DNA from: Eledone cirrhosa
Taxonomy: Eukaryota
NCBI GenBank assembly: GCA_964016885.1
Contig: CAXHJY010000001.1
Coordinates: forward strand, 310,001 to 374,000
DNA: 64,000 bases
Reading direction: 5' to 3'
In this document: positions 23,168-41,300 of the stretch, one piece after another
How positions within the stretch are numbered: the stretch's first letter is position 1
Layout of the letters: every line of letters begins with the position of its first letter
Position numbers and translations under genes: made by a program
The notes under the pieces: model-generated
Databases searched by the model: none
What the model was told of the DNA's origin: nothing
Seen by the model: the letters and a program-made list of their open reading frames with translations, nothing else

Positions 23168-23294
23168 ATTATACAGTTTCATATTGTTCCTGGTCTGAAG
23201 TGGAGGTTAGTTGTGATTGGAGGAGAATATGATACAAGGGAAGGAATGCAGTCGATGGGAGGTTCTTATCTTAGAGTCTACAATTTTGACTATG
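23168..23294 (+). CDS. Internal exon D of the FAS1 protein: IIQFHIVPGLKWRLVVIGGEYDTREGMQSMGGSYLRVYNFDY
   Basis: Acceptor TTTTCATTTTAAAG, donor G|GTGAGT (23295), 127 bp, phase 0 to 1. Contains the FAS1 [YF]H motif (FHIVPG) at the expected distance after H1. Confidence 0.92.
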
Positions 23295-23377
23295 GTGAGT
23301 ATATTGTCTGTATTGTGATGGCTGTAATATAGTTGTGAGACATGGGCAGTGAATGTTGTGTGACACTCACAAATATA

Positions 23378-26300
23378 CACAGGCACTGTAGACACACAGA
23401 CACTGTAGACACACAGACACTGTAGACACAGACACTGTAGACACACAGACATTGTAGACACAGACACTGTAGAGACACAGACACTGTAGACACACACAGA
23501 CATTGTAGACACACACAGACACTGTAGACACACACAGACACTGTAGACACACACAGACATTGTAGACACACAGACATTGTAGACACACAGACACTGTAGA
23601 CACACAGACACTGTAGACACACAGACACTGTAGAAACACAGACACTGTAGACACACAGACACTGTAGACACACAGACACTGTAGACACACAGACACTGTA
23701 GACACGCAGACATTGTAGACACACAGTCACTGTAGACACACAGACATTGTAGACACACAGACAATGTAGACACACAGACACTGTAGACACACAGACACTG
23801 TAGACACACAGACACTCAGACACAGACACTGTAGACACAGACACTGTAGACACAGAAACTGTAGACACACAGACACTGTAGACACACAGACATTGTAGAC
23901 ACACAGACACTGTAGACACAGACACTGTAGACACACAGACACTGTAGACACACAGACATTGTAGGCACACAGACACTGTAGACACACAGACATTGTAGAC
24001 ACGCAGACACTGTAGACACAGACACTGTAGACACACACGTAAACACACAGACACTGTAGACACAGACACTGTAGACACACAGACATTGTAGGCACACAGA
24101 CACTGTAGACACACAGACACTGTAGACACACAGACACTGTAGACACACAGACACTGTAGACACAGAAACTGTAGACACACAGACATTGTAGACACACAGA
24201 CACTGTAGACACACAGACATTGTAGACACACAGACACTGTAGACACAGACACTGTAAACACAGACACTGTAGACACACAGACACTGTAGACACTGTAGAC
24301 ACACAGACACTGTAGACATACAGACACTGTAGACACAGACATTGTAGACACACAGACACTGTAGACACAGACACTGTTGACAAAGAAACTGTTGACTAAG
24401 ACACTGTAGACACACAGACACTGTAGACACACAGACACTGTAGAAGCACAGACACTGTAGACACACAGACATTGTAGCCACACAGACACACAGACACTCT
24501 AGACACACAGACACTGTAGACACACATATATTGTAGCCACACAGACACACAGACAATGTAGAGACACAGACACTGTAGACACACAGACACTGTAGACACA
24601 CAGACACTGTAGACACAGACACTGTAGACACACAGACAATGTAGAGACACAGACACTGTAGACACACAGACGTAAACAAACAGACACTGTAGACACACAA
24701 ACACTGTAGACAGACAGACACTGTAGACACAGGCATTGTAGACACAGGCACTGTAGACACAGACACACGGACACTGTAGACATAGGCATTGTAGACACAC
24801 AGACATTGTAGACTCAGACACTGTAGACACAGACACTGTAGACACACAGACACTGTAGACACCGGCACTGTAGACTCAGACACTGTAGACACAGACACTG
24901 TAGACACACAGACACTGTAGACACCGGCACTGTAGACTCAGACACTGTAGACACAGACACTGTAGACACAGTAGACACTGACACTGTAGACACACAGACA
25001 CTGTAGACACAGACACTGTAGACACACATACACTGTAGACACAGGCATTGTAGACACACAGACACTGTAGACACACAGACACTGTAGACACACAGACACT
25101 GTATATACAGTCACTGTAGACACACAGACATTGTAGACACACAGACATTGTAGACACACAGACATTGTAGACACACAGACATTGTAGACACACAGACACT
25201 GTAGACACTGTAGACACACAGACACTGTAGACACAGACACTGTAGACACACAGACACTGTAGACAGAGACACTGTAGACACACAGACATTGTAGACACAG
25301 GCACTGTAGACACAGGCATTGTAGACACAGAGACACTGTAGACACACAGACACTGTAGACACACAGACATTGTAGACACAGGCATTGTAGACACAGAGAC
25401 ACTGTTGACACACAGTCACTGTAGACACAGACATTTTAGACACACAGACACTGTAGACACAGACATTGTAGACACACAGACACTGTAGACACAGGCATTG
25501 TAGACACACAGACACTGTAAACACACAGACACTGTAGACACACAGACACTGTAGACACAAAGACACTGTAGAAACACAGACACTGTAGACACACAGACAC
25601 TGTAGACACACAGACATTGTAGACACACAGACATTGTAGACACACAGACATTGTAGACACACAGACACTGTAGACACAGACACTGTAGACACACAGACAT
25701 TGTAGGCACACAGACATTGTAGACACACAGACATTGTACACACACAGACACTGTAGACACACAGTCACTGTAGACAGACATTTTAGACACACAGACACTG
25801 TAGACACAGACATTGTAGACACACAGACACTGTAGACACACAGACACTGTAGACACACAGACACTGTAGACACACAGACACTGTAGACACACAGACATTG
25901 TAGACACAGACACTGTAGATACAGACACTGTAGATACAGACACTGTAGACACACAGACCTTGTAGACACACAGACACACATACATTGTAGACACACAGAC
26001 ACTGTAGACACACAGACACTGTAGACACAGACACTGTAGACACACAGACACTGTAGACACACAGACACTGTAGAGACACAGATATTGTAGACACACAGAT
26101 ATTGTAGACACACAGACACTGTAGACACAGGCACTGTAGACACAGGCACTGTAGACACAGGCATTGTAGACACAGAGGCACTGTAGACATACAGACATTG
26201 TAGACACACAGACACTGTAGACACACAGTCACTGTAGACACAGTCATTTTAGACACACAGACACTCTAGACACAGACACTATAGACACACAGACATTGTA

Positions 26301-29300
26301 GACACACAGACACTGTAGACACAGACATTTTAGACACACAGACACTGTAGACACAGAGACACTTTAGACACACAGACACTGTAGACACACAGACATTGTA
26401 GACACAGACACTGTAGACACACACAGACATTGTAGACACACAGACACTGTGGACACACAGACATTGTAGACACACAGACACTGTAGACACACAGACACTG
26501 TAGACACACAAACACTGTAGACACACAGACATTGTAGGCACACAGGCACTGTAGACACAGGCATTGTAGACACAGAGACACTGTAGACATACAGACATTG
26601 TAGACACACAGTCACTGTAGACACAGTCATTTTAGACACACAGACACTGTAGACACAGACACTATAGACACACAGACACTGTAGACACACAGACACTGTA
26701 GACACACAGACACTTTAGACACAGACACTGTAGACACACAGACACTGTAGACACACAGACACTGTAGACACACAGACATTGTAGATACAGACACTGTAGA
26801 CACACAGACACTGTAGACACACAGACACTGTAGACACAGACACTGTAGACACACAGACACTGTAGACACACAGACACTGTAGACACACAGACACTGTAGA
26901 CACAGACACTGTAGATACAGACAATGTAGAGACACAGACACTGTAGACACACAGACATTGTAGACACAGACACTGTAGACACACAGACACTGTAGACACA
27001 CAGACATTGTAGACACACAGACACTGTAGACACACAAACACTGTAGACACAGACAATGTAGAGACACAGACAATGTAGACACACAGACACTGTAGACACA
27101 CAGACACTGTAGACACACAGACAATGTAGACACACAGACAATGTAGACACACAGACACTGTAGACACACAGACACTGTAGACACACAGACACTGTAGACA
27201 CACAGACACTGTAGACACAGACACTGTAGACACAGACACTGTAGACACAGACACTGTAGACACACAGACACTGTAGACACACAGACACTGTAGACACACA
27301 GACACTGTAGACACACAGACATTGTAGACACACAGACACTGTAGACACACAGACACTGTAGACACACAGACACTGTAGACACACAGACACTGTAGACACA
27401 CAGACACTGTAGGCACACAGACACTGTAGACACACAGACACTGTAGACACACAGACACTGTAGAAACACAGACACTGTAGACACACATTGTAGACACACA
27501 GACACTGTAGACACACAGACATTGTAGACACACAGACACTGTATACACACAGACATTGTAGACACACAGACACTGTAGACACACAGACACTGTAGACACA
27601 CAGACACTGTAGACACACAGACACTGTAGACACACAGACACTGTAGACACACAGACACTGTAGGCACACAGACACTGTAGGCACACAGACACTGTAGACA
27701 CACAGACACTGTAGACACACATACACTGTAGAAACACAGACACTGTAGGCACACAGACACTGTAGACACACAGACACTGTAGACACACAGACACTGTAGA
27801 CACACAGGCACTGTAGACACAGGCATTGTAGACACACAGACACTGTAGACACACAGACATTGTAGAGACACAGACACTGTAGACACAGACATTTTAGACA
27901 CACAGACACTGTAGACACACAGTCACTGTAGACACACAGACATTGTAGACACAGAAACTGTAGACACACAGACACTTTAGACACACAGACACTGTAGACA
28001 CACAGACACTGTAGACACAGACACTGTAGACACACAGACATTGTAGACACAGACACTGTAGACACACACAGACATTGTAGATACAGACACTGTAGACACA
28101 CAGACACTGTAGACACACAGACACTGTATATACAGTCACTGTAGACACACAGACACTGTAGACACACAGACATTGTAGACAGAGACACTGTAGACACACA
28201 GACACTGTAGACAGAGACACTGTAGACACACAGACACTGTAGACACAGACACTGTAGACACACAGACACTGTAGACAGAGACACTGTAGACACACAGACA
28301 CTGTAGACACACAGACATTGTAGACACAGGCACTGTAGACACAGGCATTGTAGACACAGAGACACTGTAGACACACAGACACTGTAGACACACAGACATT
28401 GTAGACACAGGCATTGTAGACACAGAGACACTGTTGACACACAGTCACTGTAGACACAGACATTTTAGACACACAGACACTGTAGACACAGACATTGTAG
28501 ACACACAGACACTGTAGACACAGGCATTGTAGACACACAGACACTGTAAACACACAGACACTGTAGACACACAGACACTGTAGACACAAAGACACTGTAG
28601 AAACACAGACACTGTAGACACACAGACACTGTAGACACACAGACATTGTAGACACACAGACATTGTAGACACACAGACATTGTAGACACACAGACACTGT
28701 AGACACAGACACTGTAGACACACAGACACTGTAGGCACACAGACATTGTAGACACACAGACATTGTACACACACAGACACTGTAGACACACAGTCACTGT
28801 AGACAGACATTTTAGACACACAGACACTGTAGACACAGACATTGTAGACACACAGACACTGTAGACACACAGACACTGTAGACACACAGACACTGTAGAC
28901 ACACAGACACTGTAGACACACAGACATTGTAGACACAGACACTGTAGATACAGACACTGTAGATACAGACACTGTAGACACACAGACCTTGTAGACACAC
29001 AGACACACATACATTGTAGACACACAGACACTGTAGACACACAGACACTCAGACACAGACACTGTAGACACAGACACTGTAGACACAGAAACTGTAGACA
29101 CACAGACACTGTAGACACACAGACATTGTAGACACACAGACACTGTAGACACAGACACTGTAGACACAGACACTGTAGACACACAGACACTGTAGACACA
29201 CAGACATTGTAGGCACACAGACACTGTAGACACACAGACATTGTAGACACGCAGACACTGTAGACACAGACACTGTAGACACACACGTAAACACACAGAC

Positions 29301-32300
29301 ACTGTAGACACAGACACTGTAGACACACAGACATTGTAGGCACACAGACACTGTAGACACACAGACACTGTAGACACACAGACACTGTAGACACACAGAC
29401 ACTGTAGACACAGAAACTGTAGACACACAGACATTGTAGACACACAGACACTGTAGACACACAGACATTGTAGACACACAGACACTGTAGACACAGACAC
29501 TGTAAACACAGACACTGTAGACACACAGACACTGTAGACACTGTAGACACACAGACACTGTAGACATACAGACACTGTAGACACAGACATTGTAGACACA
29601 CAGACACTGTAGACACAGACACTGTTGACAAAGAAACTGTTGACTAAGACACTGTAGACACACAGACACTGTAGACACACAGACACTGTAGAAGCACAGA
29701 CACTGTAGACACACAGACATTGTAGCCACACAGACACACAGACACTCTAGACACACAGACACTGTAGACACACATATATTGTAGCCACACAGACACACAG
29801 ACAATGTAGAGACACAGACACTGTAGACACACAGACACTGTAGACACACAGACACTGTAGACACAGACACTGTAGACACACAGACAATGTAGAGACACAG
29901 ACACTGTAGACACACAGACGTAAACAAACAGACACTGTAGACACACAAACACTGTAGACAGACAGACACTGTAGACACAGGCATTGTAGACACAGGCACT
30001 GTAGACACAGACACACGGACACTGTAGACATAGGCATTGTAGACACACAGACATTGTAGACTCAGACACTGTAGACACACAGACACTGTAGACACCGGCA
30101 CTGTAGACTCAGACACTGTAGACACAGACACTGTAGACACACAGACACTGTAGACACCGGCACTGTAGACTCAGACACTGTAGACACAGACACTGTAGAC
30201 ACAGTAGACACTGACACTGTAGACACACAGACACTGTAGACACAGACACTGTAGACACACATACACTGTAGACACAGGCATTGTAGACACACAGACACTG
30301 TAGACACACAGACACTGTAGACACACAGACACTGTATATACAGTCACTGTAGACACACAGACATTGTAGACACACAGACATTGTAGACACACAGACATTG
30401 TAGACACACAGACATTGTAGACACACAGACATTGTAGACACACAGACACTGTAGACACTGTAGACACACAGACACTGTAGACACAGACACTGTAGACACA
30501 CAGACACTGTAGACAGAGACACTGTAGACACACAGACATTGTAGACACAGGCACTGTAGACACAGGCATTGTAGACACAGAGACACTGTAGACACACAGA
30601 CACTGTAGACACACAGACATTGTAGACACAGGCATTGTAGACAGAGAGACACTGTTGACACACAGTCACTGTAGACACAGACATTTTAGACACACAGACA
30701 CTGTAGACACAGACATTGTAGACACACAGACACTGTAGACACAGGCATTGTAGACACACAGACACTGTAAACACACAGACACTGTAGACACACAGACACT
30801 GTAGACACAAAGACACTGTAGAAACACAGACACTGTAGACACACAGACACTGTAGACACACAGACATTGTAGACACACAGACATTGTAGACACACAGACA
30901 TTGTAGACACACAGACACTGTAGACACAGACACTGTAGACACACAGACATTGTAGGCACACAGACATTGTAGACACACAGACATTGTACACACACAGACA
31001 CTGTAGACACACAGTCACTGTAGACAGACATTTTAGACACACAGACACTGTAGACACAGACATTGTAGACACACAGACACTGTAGACACACAGACACTGT
31101 AGACACACAGACACTGTAGACACACAGACACTGTAGACACACAGACATTGTAGACACAGACACTGTAGATACAGACACTGTAGATACAGACACTGTAGAC
31201 ACACAGACCTTGTAGACACACAGACACACATACATTGTAGACACACAGACACTGTAGACACACAGACACTGTAGACACAGACACTGTAGACACACAGACA
31301 CTGTAGACACACAGACACTGTAGAGACACAGATATTGTAGACACACAGATATTGTAGACACACAGACACTGTAGACACAGGCACTGTAGACACAGGCACT
31401 GTAGACACAGGCATTGTAGACACAGAGGCACTGTAGACATACAGACATTGTAGACACACAGACACTGTAGACACACAGTCACTGTAGACACAGTCATTTT
31501 AGACACACAGACACTCTAGACACAGACACTATAGACACACAGACATTGTAGACACACAGACACTGTAGACACAGACATTTTAGACACACAGACACTGTAG
31601 ACACAGAGACACTTTAGACACACAGACACTGTAGACACACAGACATTGTAGACACAGACACTGTAGACACACACAGACATTGTAGACACACAGACACTGT
31701 GGACACACAGACATTGTAGACACACAGACACTGTAGACACACAGACACTGTAGACACACAAACACTGTAGACACACAGACATTGTAGGCACACAGGCACT
31801 GTAGACACAGGCATTGTAGACACAGAGACACTGTAGACATACAGACATTGTAGACACACAGTCACTGTAGACACAGTCATTTTAGACACACAGACACTGT
31901 AGACACAGACACTATAGACACACAGACACTGTAGACACACAGACACTGTAGACACACAGACACTTTAGACACAGACACTGTAGACACACAGACACTGTAG
32001 ACACACAGACACTGTAGACACACAGACATTGTAGATACAGACACTGTAGACACACAGACACTGTAGACACACAGACACTGTAGACACAGACACTGTAGAC
32101 ACACAGACACTGTAGACACACAGACACTGTAGACACACAGACACTGTAGACACAGACACTGTAGATACAGACAATGTAGAGACACAGACACTGTAGACAC
32201 ACAGACATTGTAGACACAGACACTGTAGACACACAGACACTGTAGACACACAGACATTGTAGACACACAGACACTGTAGACACACAAACACTGTAGACAC

Positions 32301-35300
32301 AGACAATGTAGAGACACAGACAATGTAGACACACAGACACTGTAGACACACAGACACTGTAGACACACAGACAATGTAGACACACAGACAATGTAGACAC
32401 ACAGACACTGTAGACACACAGACACTGTAGACACACAGACACTGTAGACACACAGACACTGTAGACACAGACACTGTAGACACAGACACTGTAGACACAG
32501 ACACTGTAGACACACAGACACTGTAGACACACAGACACTGTAGACACACAGACACTGTAGACACACAGACATTGTAGACACACAGACACTGTAGACACAC
32601 AGACACTGTAGACACACAGACACTGTAGACACACAGACACTGTAGACACACAGACACTGTAGGCACACAGACACTGTAGACACACAGACACTGTAGACAC
32701 ACAGACACTGTAGAAACACAGACACTGTAGACACACATTGTAGACACACAGACACTGTAGACACACAGACATTGTAGACACACAGACACTGTATACACAC
32801 AGACACTGTAGACACACAGACACTGTAGACACACAGACACTGTAGACACACAGACACTGTAGACACACAGACACTGTAGACACACAGACACTGTAGGCAC
32901 ACAGACACTGTAGGCACACAGACACTGTAGACACACAGACACTGTAGACACACATACACTGTAGAAACACAGACACTGTAGGCACACAGACACTGTAGAC
33001 ACACAGACACTGTAGACACACAGACACTGTAGACACACAGGCACTGTAGACACAGGCATTGTAGACACACAGACACTGTAGACACACAGACATTGTAGAG
33101 ACACAGACACTGTAGACACAGACATTTTAGACACACAGACACTGTAGACACACAGTCACTGTAGACACACAGACATTGTAGACACAGAAACTGTAGACAC
33201 ACAGACACTTTAGACACACAGACACTGTAGACACACAGACACTGTAGACACAGACACTGTAGACACACAGACATTGTAGACACAGACACTGTAGACACAC
33301 ACAGACATTGTAGATACAGACACTGTAGACACACAGACACTGTAGACACACAGACACTGTATATACAGTCACTGTAGACACACAGACACTGTAGACACAC
33401 AGACATTGTAGACAGAGACACTGTAGACACACAGACACTGTAGACAGAGACACTGTAGACACACAGACACTGTAGACACAGACACTGTAGACACACAGAC
33501 ACTGTAGACAGAGACACTGTAGACACACAGACACTGTAGACACACAGACATTGTAGACACAGGCACTGTAGACACAGGCATTGTAGACACAGAGACACTG
33601 TAGACACACAGACACTGTAGACACACAGACATTGTAGACACAGGCATTGTAGACACAGAGACACTGTTGACACACAGTCACTGTAGACACAGACATTTTA
33701 GACACACAGACACTGTAGACACAGACATTGTAGACACACAGACACTGTAGACACAGGCATTGTAGACACACAGACACTGTAAACACACAGACACTGTAGA
33801 CACACAGACACTGTAGACACAAAGACACTGTAGAAACACAGACACTGTAGACACACAGACACTGTAGACACACAGACATTGTAGACACACAGACATTGTA
33901 GACACACAGACATTGTAGACACACAGACACTGTAGACACAGACACTGTAGACACACAGACACTGTAGGCACACAGACATTGTAGACACACAGACATTGTA
34001 CACACACAGACACTGTAGACACACAGTCACTGTAGACAGACATTTTAGACACACAGACACTGTAGACACAGACATTGTAGACACACAGACACTGTAGACA
34101 CACAGACACTGTAGACACACAGACACTGTAGACACACAGACACTGTAGACACACAGACATTGTAGACACAGACACTGTAGATACAGACACTGTAGATACA
34201 GACACTGTAGACACACAGACCTTGTAGACACACAGACACACATACATTGTAGACACACAGACACTGTAGACACACAGACACTGTAGACACAGACACTGTA
34301 GACACACAGACACTGTAGACACACAGACACTGTAGAGACACAGATATTGTAGACACACAGATATTGTAGACACACAGACACTGTAGACACAGGCACTGTA
34401 GACACAGGCACTGTAGACACAGGCATTGTAGACACAGAGGCACTGTAGACATACAGACATTGTAGACACACAGACACTGTAGACACACAGTCACTGTAGA
34501 CACAGTCATTTTAGACACACAGACACTCTAGACACAGACACTATAGACACACAGACATTGTAGACACACAGACACTGGAGACACAGACATTTTAGACACA
34601 CAGACACTGTAGACACAGAGACACTTTAGACACACAGACACTGTAGACACACAGACATTGTAGACACAGACACTGTAGACACACACAGACATTGTAGACA
34701 CACAGACACTGTGGACACACAGACATTGTAGACACACAGACACTGTAGACACACAGACACTGTAGACACACAAACACTGTAGACACACAGACATTGTAGG
34801 CACACAGGCACTGTAGACACAGGCATTGTAGACACAGAGACACTGTAGACATACAGACATTGTAGACACACAGTCACTGTAGACACAGTCATTTTAGACA
34901 CACAGACACTGTAGACACAGACACTATAGACACACAGACACTGTAGACACACAGACACTGTAGACACACAGACACTTTAGACACAGACACTGTAGACACA
35001 CAGACACTGTAGACACACAGACACTGTAGACACACAGACATTGTAGATACAGACACTGTAGACACACAGACACTGTAGACACACAGACACTGTAGACACA
35101 GACACTGTAGACACACAGACACTGTAGACACACAGACACTGTAGACACACAGACACTGTAGACACAGACACTGTAGATACAGACAATGTAGAGACACAGA
35201 CACTGTAGACACACAGACATTGTAGACACAGACACTGTAGACACACAGACACTGTAGACACACAGACATTGTAGACACACAGACACTGTAGACACACAAA

Positions 35301-38300
35301 CACTGTAGACACAGACAATGTAGAGACACAGACAATGTAGAGAGACACAGACAATGTAGACACACAGACACTGTAGACACACAGACACTGTAGACACACA
35401 GACAATGTAGACACACAGACAATGTAGACACACAGACACTGTAGACAAACAGACACTGTAGACACACAGACACTGTAGACACACAGACACTGTAGACACA
35501 GACACTGTAGACACAGACACTGTAGACACAGACACTGTAGACACACAGACACTGTAGACACACAGACACTGTAGACACACAGACACTGTAGACACACAGA
35601 CACTGTAGACACACAGACACTGTAGACACACAGACACTGTAGGCACACAGACACTGTAGACACACAGACACTGTAGGCACACAGACACTGTAGACACACA
35701 GACACTGTAGACACACAGACACTGTAGAAACACAGACACTGTAGACACACATTGTAGACACACAGACACTGTAGACACACAGACATTGTAGACACACAGA
35801 CACTGTATACACACAGACATTGTAGACACACAGACACTGTAGACACACAGACACTGTAGACACACAGACACTGTAGACACACAGACACTGTAGACACACA
35901 GACACTGTAGACACACAGACACTGTAGGCACACAGACACTGTAGACACACAGACACTGTAGACACACATACACTGTAGAAACACAGACACTGTAGGCACA
36001 CAGACACTGTAGACACACAGACACTGTAGACACACAGACACTGTAGACACACAGGCACTGTAGACACAGGCATTGTAGACACACAGACACTGTAGACACA
36101 CAGACATTGTAGAGACACAGACACTGTAGACACAGACACTGTAGACACAGACATTTTAGACACACAGACACTGTAGACACACAGTCACTGTAGACACACA
36201 GACATTGTAGACACAGAAACTGTAGACACACAGACACTTTAGACACACAGACACTGTAGACACACAGACACTGTAGACACAGACACTGTAGACACACAGA
36301 CATTGTAGACACAGACACTGTAGACACACACAGACATTGTAGATACAGACACTGTAGACACACAGACACTGTAGACACACAGACATTGTAGACACACAGA
36401 CACTGTAGACACACAGACATTGTAGACACACAGACACTGTAGACACACAGATATTGTAGACACACAGACACTGTAGACACACAAACACTGTAGACACACA
36501 GACAATGTAGAGACACAGACAATGTAGACACACAGACAATGTAGACACACAGACACTGTAGACACACAGACACTGTAGACACACAGACACTGTAGACACA
36601 CAGACACTGTAGACACACAGACACTGTAGACACACAGAGACTGTAGACACACACACACTGTAGACACACACAGTGTAGACACACAGACACTGTAGACACA
36701 CAGACATTGTAGACACACAGACACTGTAGACACACAGACATTGTAGGCACACAGACACTGTAGACACACAGACACTGTAGGCACACAGACACTGTAGACA
36801 CACAGACACTGTAGACACACAGACACTGTAGACACACAGACACTGTAGACACACAGACACTGTAGACACAGACACTGTAGACACAGACACTGTAGACACA
36901 CAGACACTGTAGACACAGACACTGTAGACACACAGACACTGTAGACACACAGACACTCTAGACACAGACACACAGACATTGTAGACACAGGCACTGTAGA
37001 CACAGGCATTGTAGACACAGAGACACTGTAGACACACAGACATTGTAGACACACAGACATTGTAGACACACAGACACTGTAGACACACAGTCACTGTAGA
37101 CACAGAAACTGTGGACACACAGACACTTTAGACACAGACACTGTAGACACACAGACACTGTAGACACACAGACATTGTAGACACAGACACTGTAGACACA
37201 CAGACACTGTAGATACAGACACTGTAGACACACAGACATTGTAGACACACAGACACACAGACATTGTAGACACACAGACACTGTAGACACACAGAGACTG
37301 TAGACACAGACACTGTAGACACACATACACTGTAGACACACAGACACTGTAGACACACAGACACTGTAGACACACAGACACTGTAGACAAACAGACACTG
37401 TAGACACAGACACTGTAGACACACAGACATTGTAGACACAGACACTGTAGACACACACAGACATTGTAGACACAGACACTGTAGACACACAGACACTGTA
37501 GACACACAGACATTGTAGACACACAGACACTGTAGACACACAGACATTGTAGAGACACAGACACTGTAGACACACAGACACTGTAGACACACAGACACTG
37601 TAGACACACAAACACTGTAGAGACACAGACAATGTAGAGACACAGACAATGTAGAGACACAGACAATGTAGACACACAGACAATGTAGACACACAGACAC
37701 TGTAGACACACTGACACTGTAGACACACTGACACTGTAGACACACTGACACTGTAGACACACAGACACTGTAGACACACAGACACTGTAGACACACAGAC
37801 ACTGTAGACACACAGACACTGTAGACACACAGACACTGTAGACACACAGACATTGTAGACACACAGACACTGTAGACACACAGACACTGTAGACACACAG
37901 ACACTGTAGACACACAGACACTGTAGACACAGACATTGTAGACACACAGACATTGTAGACACACAGACATTGTAGACACACAGACACTGTAGACACACAG
38001 ACACTGTAGACACACAGACACTGTAGACACACAGACATTGTAGGCACACAGACACTGTAGACACACAGACATTGTAGGCACACAGACACTGTAGACACAC
38101 AGACACTGTAGACACACAGACATTGTAGACACACAGACACTGTAGACACAGACACTGTAGACACACAGACATTGTAGACACACAGACACTGTAGACACAG
38201 AAACTGTAGACACACAGACATTGTAGACACACAGACACTGTAGACACACAGACATTGTAGACACACAGACATTGTAGACACACAGACACTGTAGACACAC

Positions 38301-41300
38301 AGACATTGTAGGCACACAGACACTGTAGACACACAGACACTGTAGACACACAGACACTGTAGACACACAGACACTGTAGACACACAGACACTGTAGACAC
38401 AAACACTGTAGACACAGACACTGTAGACACACAGACACTGTAGACACAGACACTGTAGACACAGACACTGTAGACACAGACACTGTAGACACACAGACAC
38501 TGTAGACACACAGACAATGTAGACACACAGACATTGTAGACACACAGACATTGTAGACACACAGACACTGTAGACACACAGACATTGTAGACACACAGAC
38601 ACTGTAGACACACAGACATTGTAGACACACAGACATTGTAGACACACAGACATTGTAGACACACAGACACTGTAAACACACAGACACTGTAGACAAACAG
38701 ACATTGTAGACACAGGCACTGTAGACACACAGACACTGTAGACACACAGTCACTGTAGATACAGTCATTTTAGACACAGAGACACTGTAGACACAGACAT
38801 TGCAGACACTGTAGACACAGACACTGTAGACACAGACATTGTAGACACACAGACATTGTAGACACTGTAGACACACAGACACTGTAGACACACAGTCACT
38901 GTAGACACACAGTCACTGTAGACACACAGACGCTGTAGACACACAGACACTGTAGACACACAGACACTGTAGACACACAGACACTGTAGACACACAGACA
39001 CTGTAGACACACAGACACTGTAGACACAGACACTGTAGACACACAGACATTGTAGACACAAAGACACTGTAGACACAGAAACTGTAGACACACAGACACT
39101 GTAGACACACAGACACTGTAGACACACAGACATTGTAGACACACAGACACTGTAGACACACAGACACTGTAGACACACAGACACTGTAGATACACAGACA
39201 CTGTAGACACACAGACACTGTAGACACAGACACTGTAGACACAGACACTGTAGACACAGAAACTGTAGACACACAGACACTGTAGACACACAGACACTGT
39301 AGACACACAGACATTGTAGACACACAGACACTGTAGACACAGACACTGTAGACACACAGACATTGTAGGCACACAGACACTGTAGACACACAGACACTGT
39401 AGACATACAGACACTGTAGACACAGACATTGTAGACACACAGACACTGTAGACACAGACACTGTAGACACGGACACTGTTGACACAGACATTGTAGACAC
39501 ACAGACACTGTAAACACACAGACACTGTAGACACACAGACATTGTAGACACAGGCACTGTAGATACACAGACACTGTAGACACACAGTCACTGTAGATAC
39601 AGTCATTTTAGACACAGAGACACTGTAGACACAGACATTGTAGACACACAGACACTGTAGACACAGACACTGTAGACACAGAAATTGTAGACACACAGAC
39701 ATTGTAGACACTGTAGACACACATTGTAGACACACAGACACTGTAGACACACAGTCACTGTAGACACACAGACATTGTAGACACACAGACACTGTAGACA
39801 CACAAACACTGTAGACACAGACAATGTAGAGACACAGACAATGTAGAGAGACACAGACAATGTAGACACACAGACAATGTAGACACACAGACACTGTAGA
39901 CACACAGACACTGTAGACACACAGACACTGTAGACACACAGACACTGTAGACACTGTAGACACACAGACACTGTAGACACAGACACTGTAGACACACAGA
40001 CATTATAGACACACAGACACTGTAGACACAGAAACTGTAGACACGGACACTGTTGACACAGACATTGTAGACACACAGACACTGTAAACACACAGACACT
40101 GTAGACACAGACACTGTAGACACACAGACACTGTAGACACACAGACACTGTAGACACACAGACATTGTAGACACACAGACATTGTAGACACACAGACACT
40201 GTAGATACACAGACACTGTAGACACAGAGACACTGTAGACACACAGACACTGTAGACACACAGACACTGTAGACACACAGACACTGTAGACACACAGACA
40301 CTGTAGAAACACAGACACTGTAGAAACACAGACACTGTAGGCACACAGACACTGTAGACACACAGACACTGTAGACACACAGACATTGTAGACACACAGA
40401 CATTGTAGACACACAGACACTGTAGACACACAGACACTGTAGACACACAGACACTCTAGACACAGACACTGTAGACACACAGACATTGTAGACACAGGCA
40501 CTGTAGACACAGGCATTGTAGACACAGAGACACTGTAGACACATAGACATTGTAGACACATAGACATTGTAGACACACAGACACTGTAGACACACAGTCA
40601 CTGTAGACACAGTAATTTTAGACACACAGACACTGTAGACACACAGATATTGTAGACACACAGAAACTGTAGACACAGACATTTTAGACACACAGACACT
40701 GTAGACACACAGTCACTGTAGACACACAGACATTGTAGACACAGAAACTGTGGACACACAGACACTTTAGACGCAGACACTGTAGACACACAGACACTGT
40801 AGACACACAGACATTGTAGACACAGACACTGTAGACACACAGACACTGTAGATACAGACACTGTAGACACACAGACATTGTAGACACACAGACACACAGA
40901 CATTGTAGACACACAGACACTGTAGACACACAGACACTGTAGACACAGACACTGTAGACACACATACACTGTAGACACACAGACACTGTAGACACACAGA
41001 CACTGTAGACACACAGACACTGTAGACACACAGACACTGTAGACACACAGACACTGTAGACACACAGACACTGTAGACACACAGACACTGTAGACACACA
41101 GACACTGTAGACACACAGACACTGTAGACACAGACACTGTAGACACACAGACATTGTAGACACAAAGACACTGTAGACACAGAAACTGTAGACACACAGA
41201 CACTGTAGACACACAGACACTGTAGACACACAGACACTGTAGACACACAGACACTGTAGACACACAGACATTGTAGACACACAGACACTGTAGACACACG

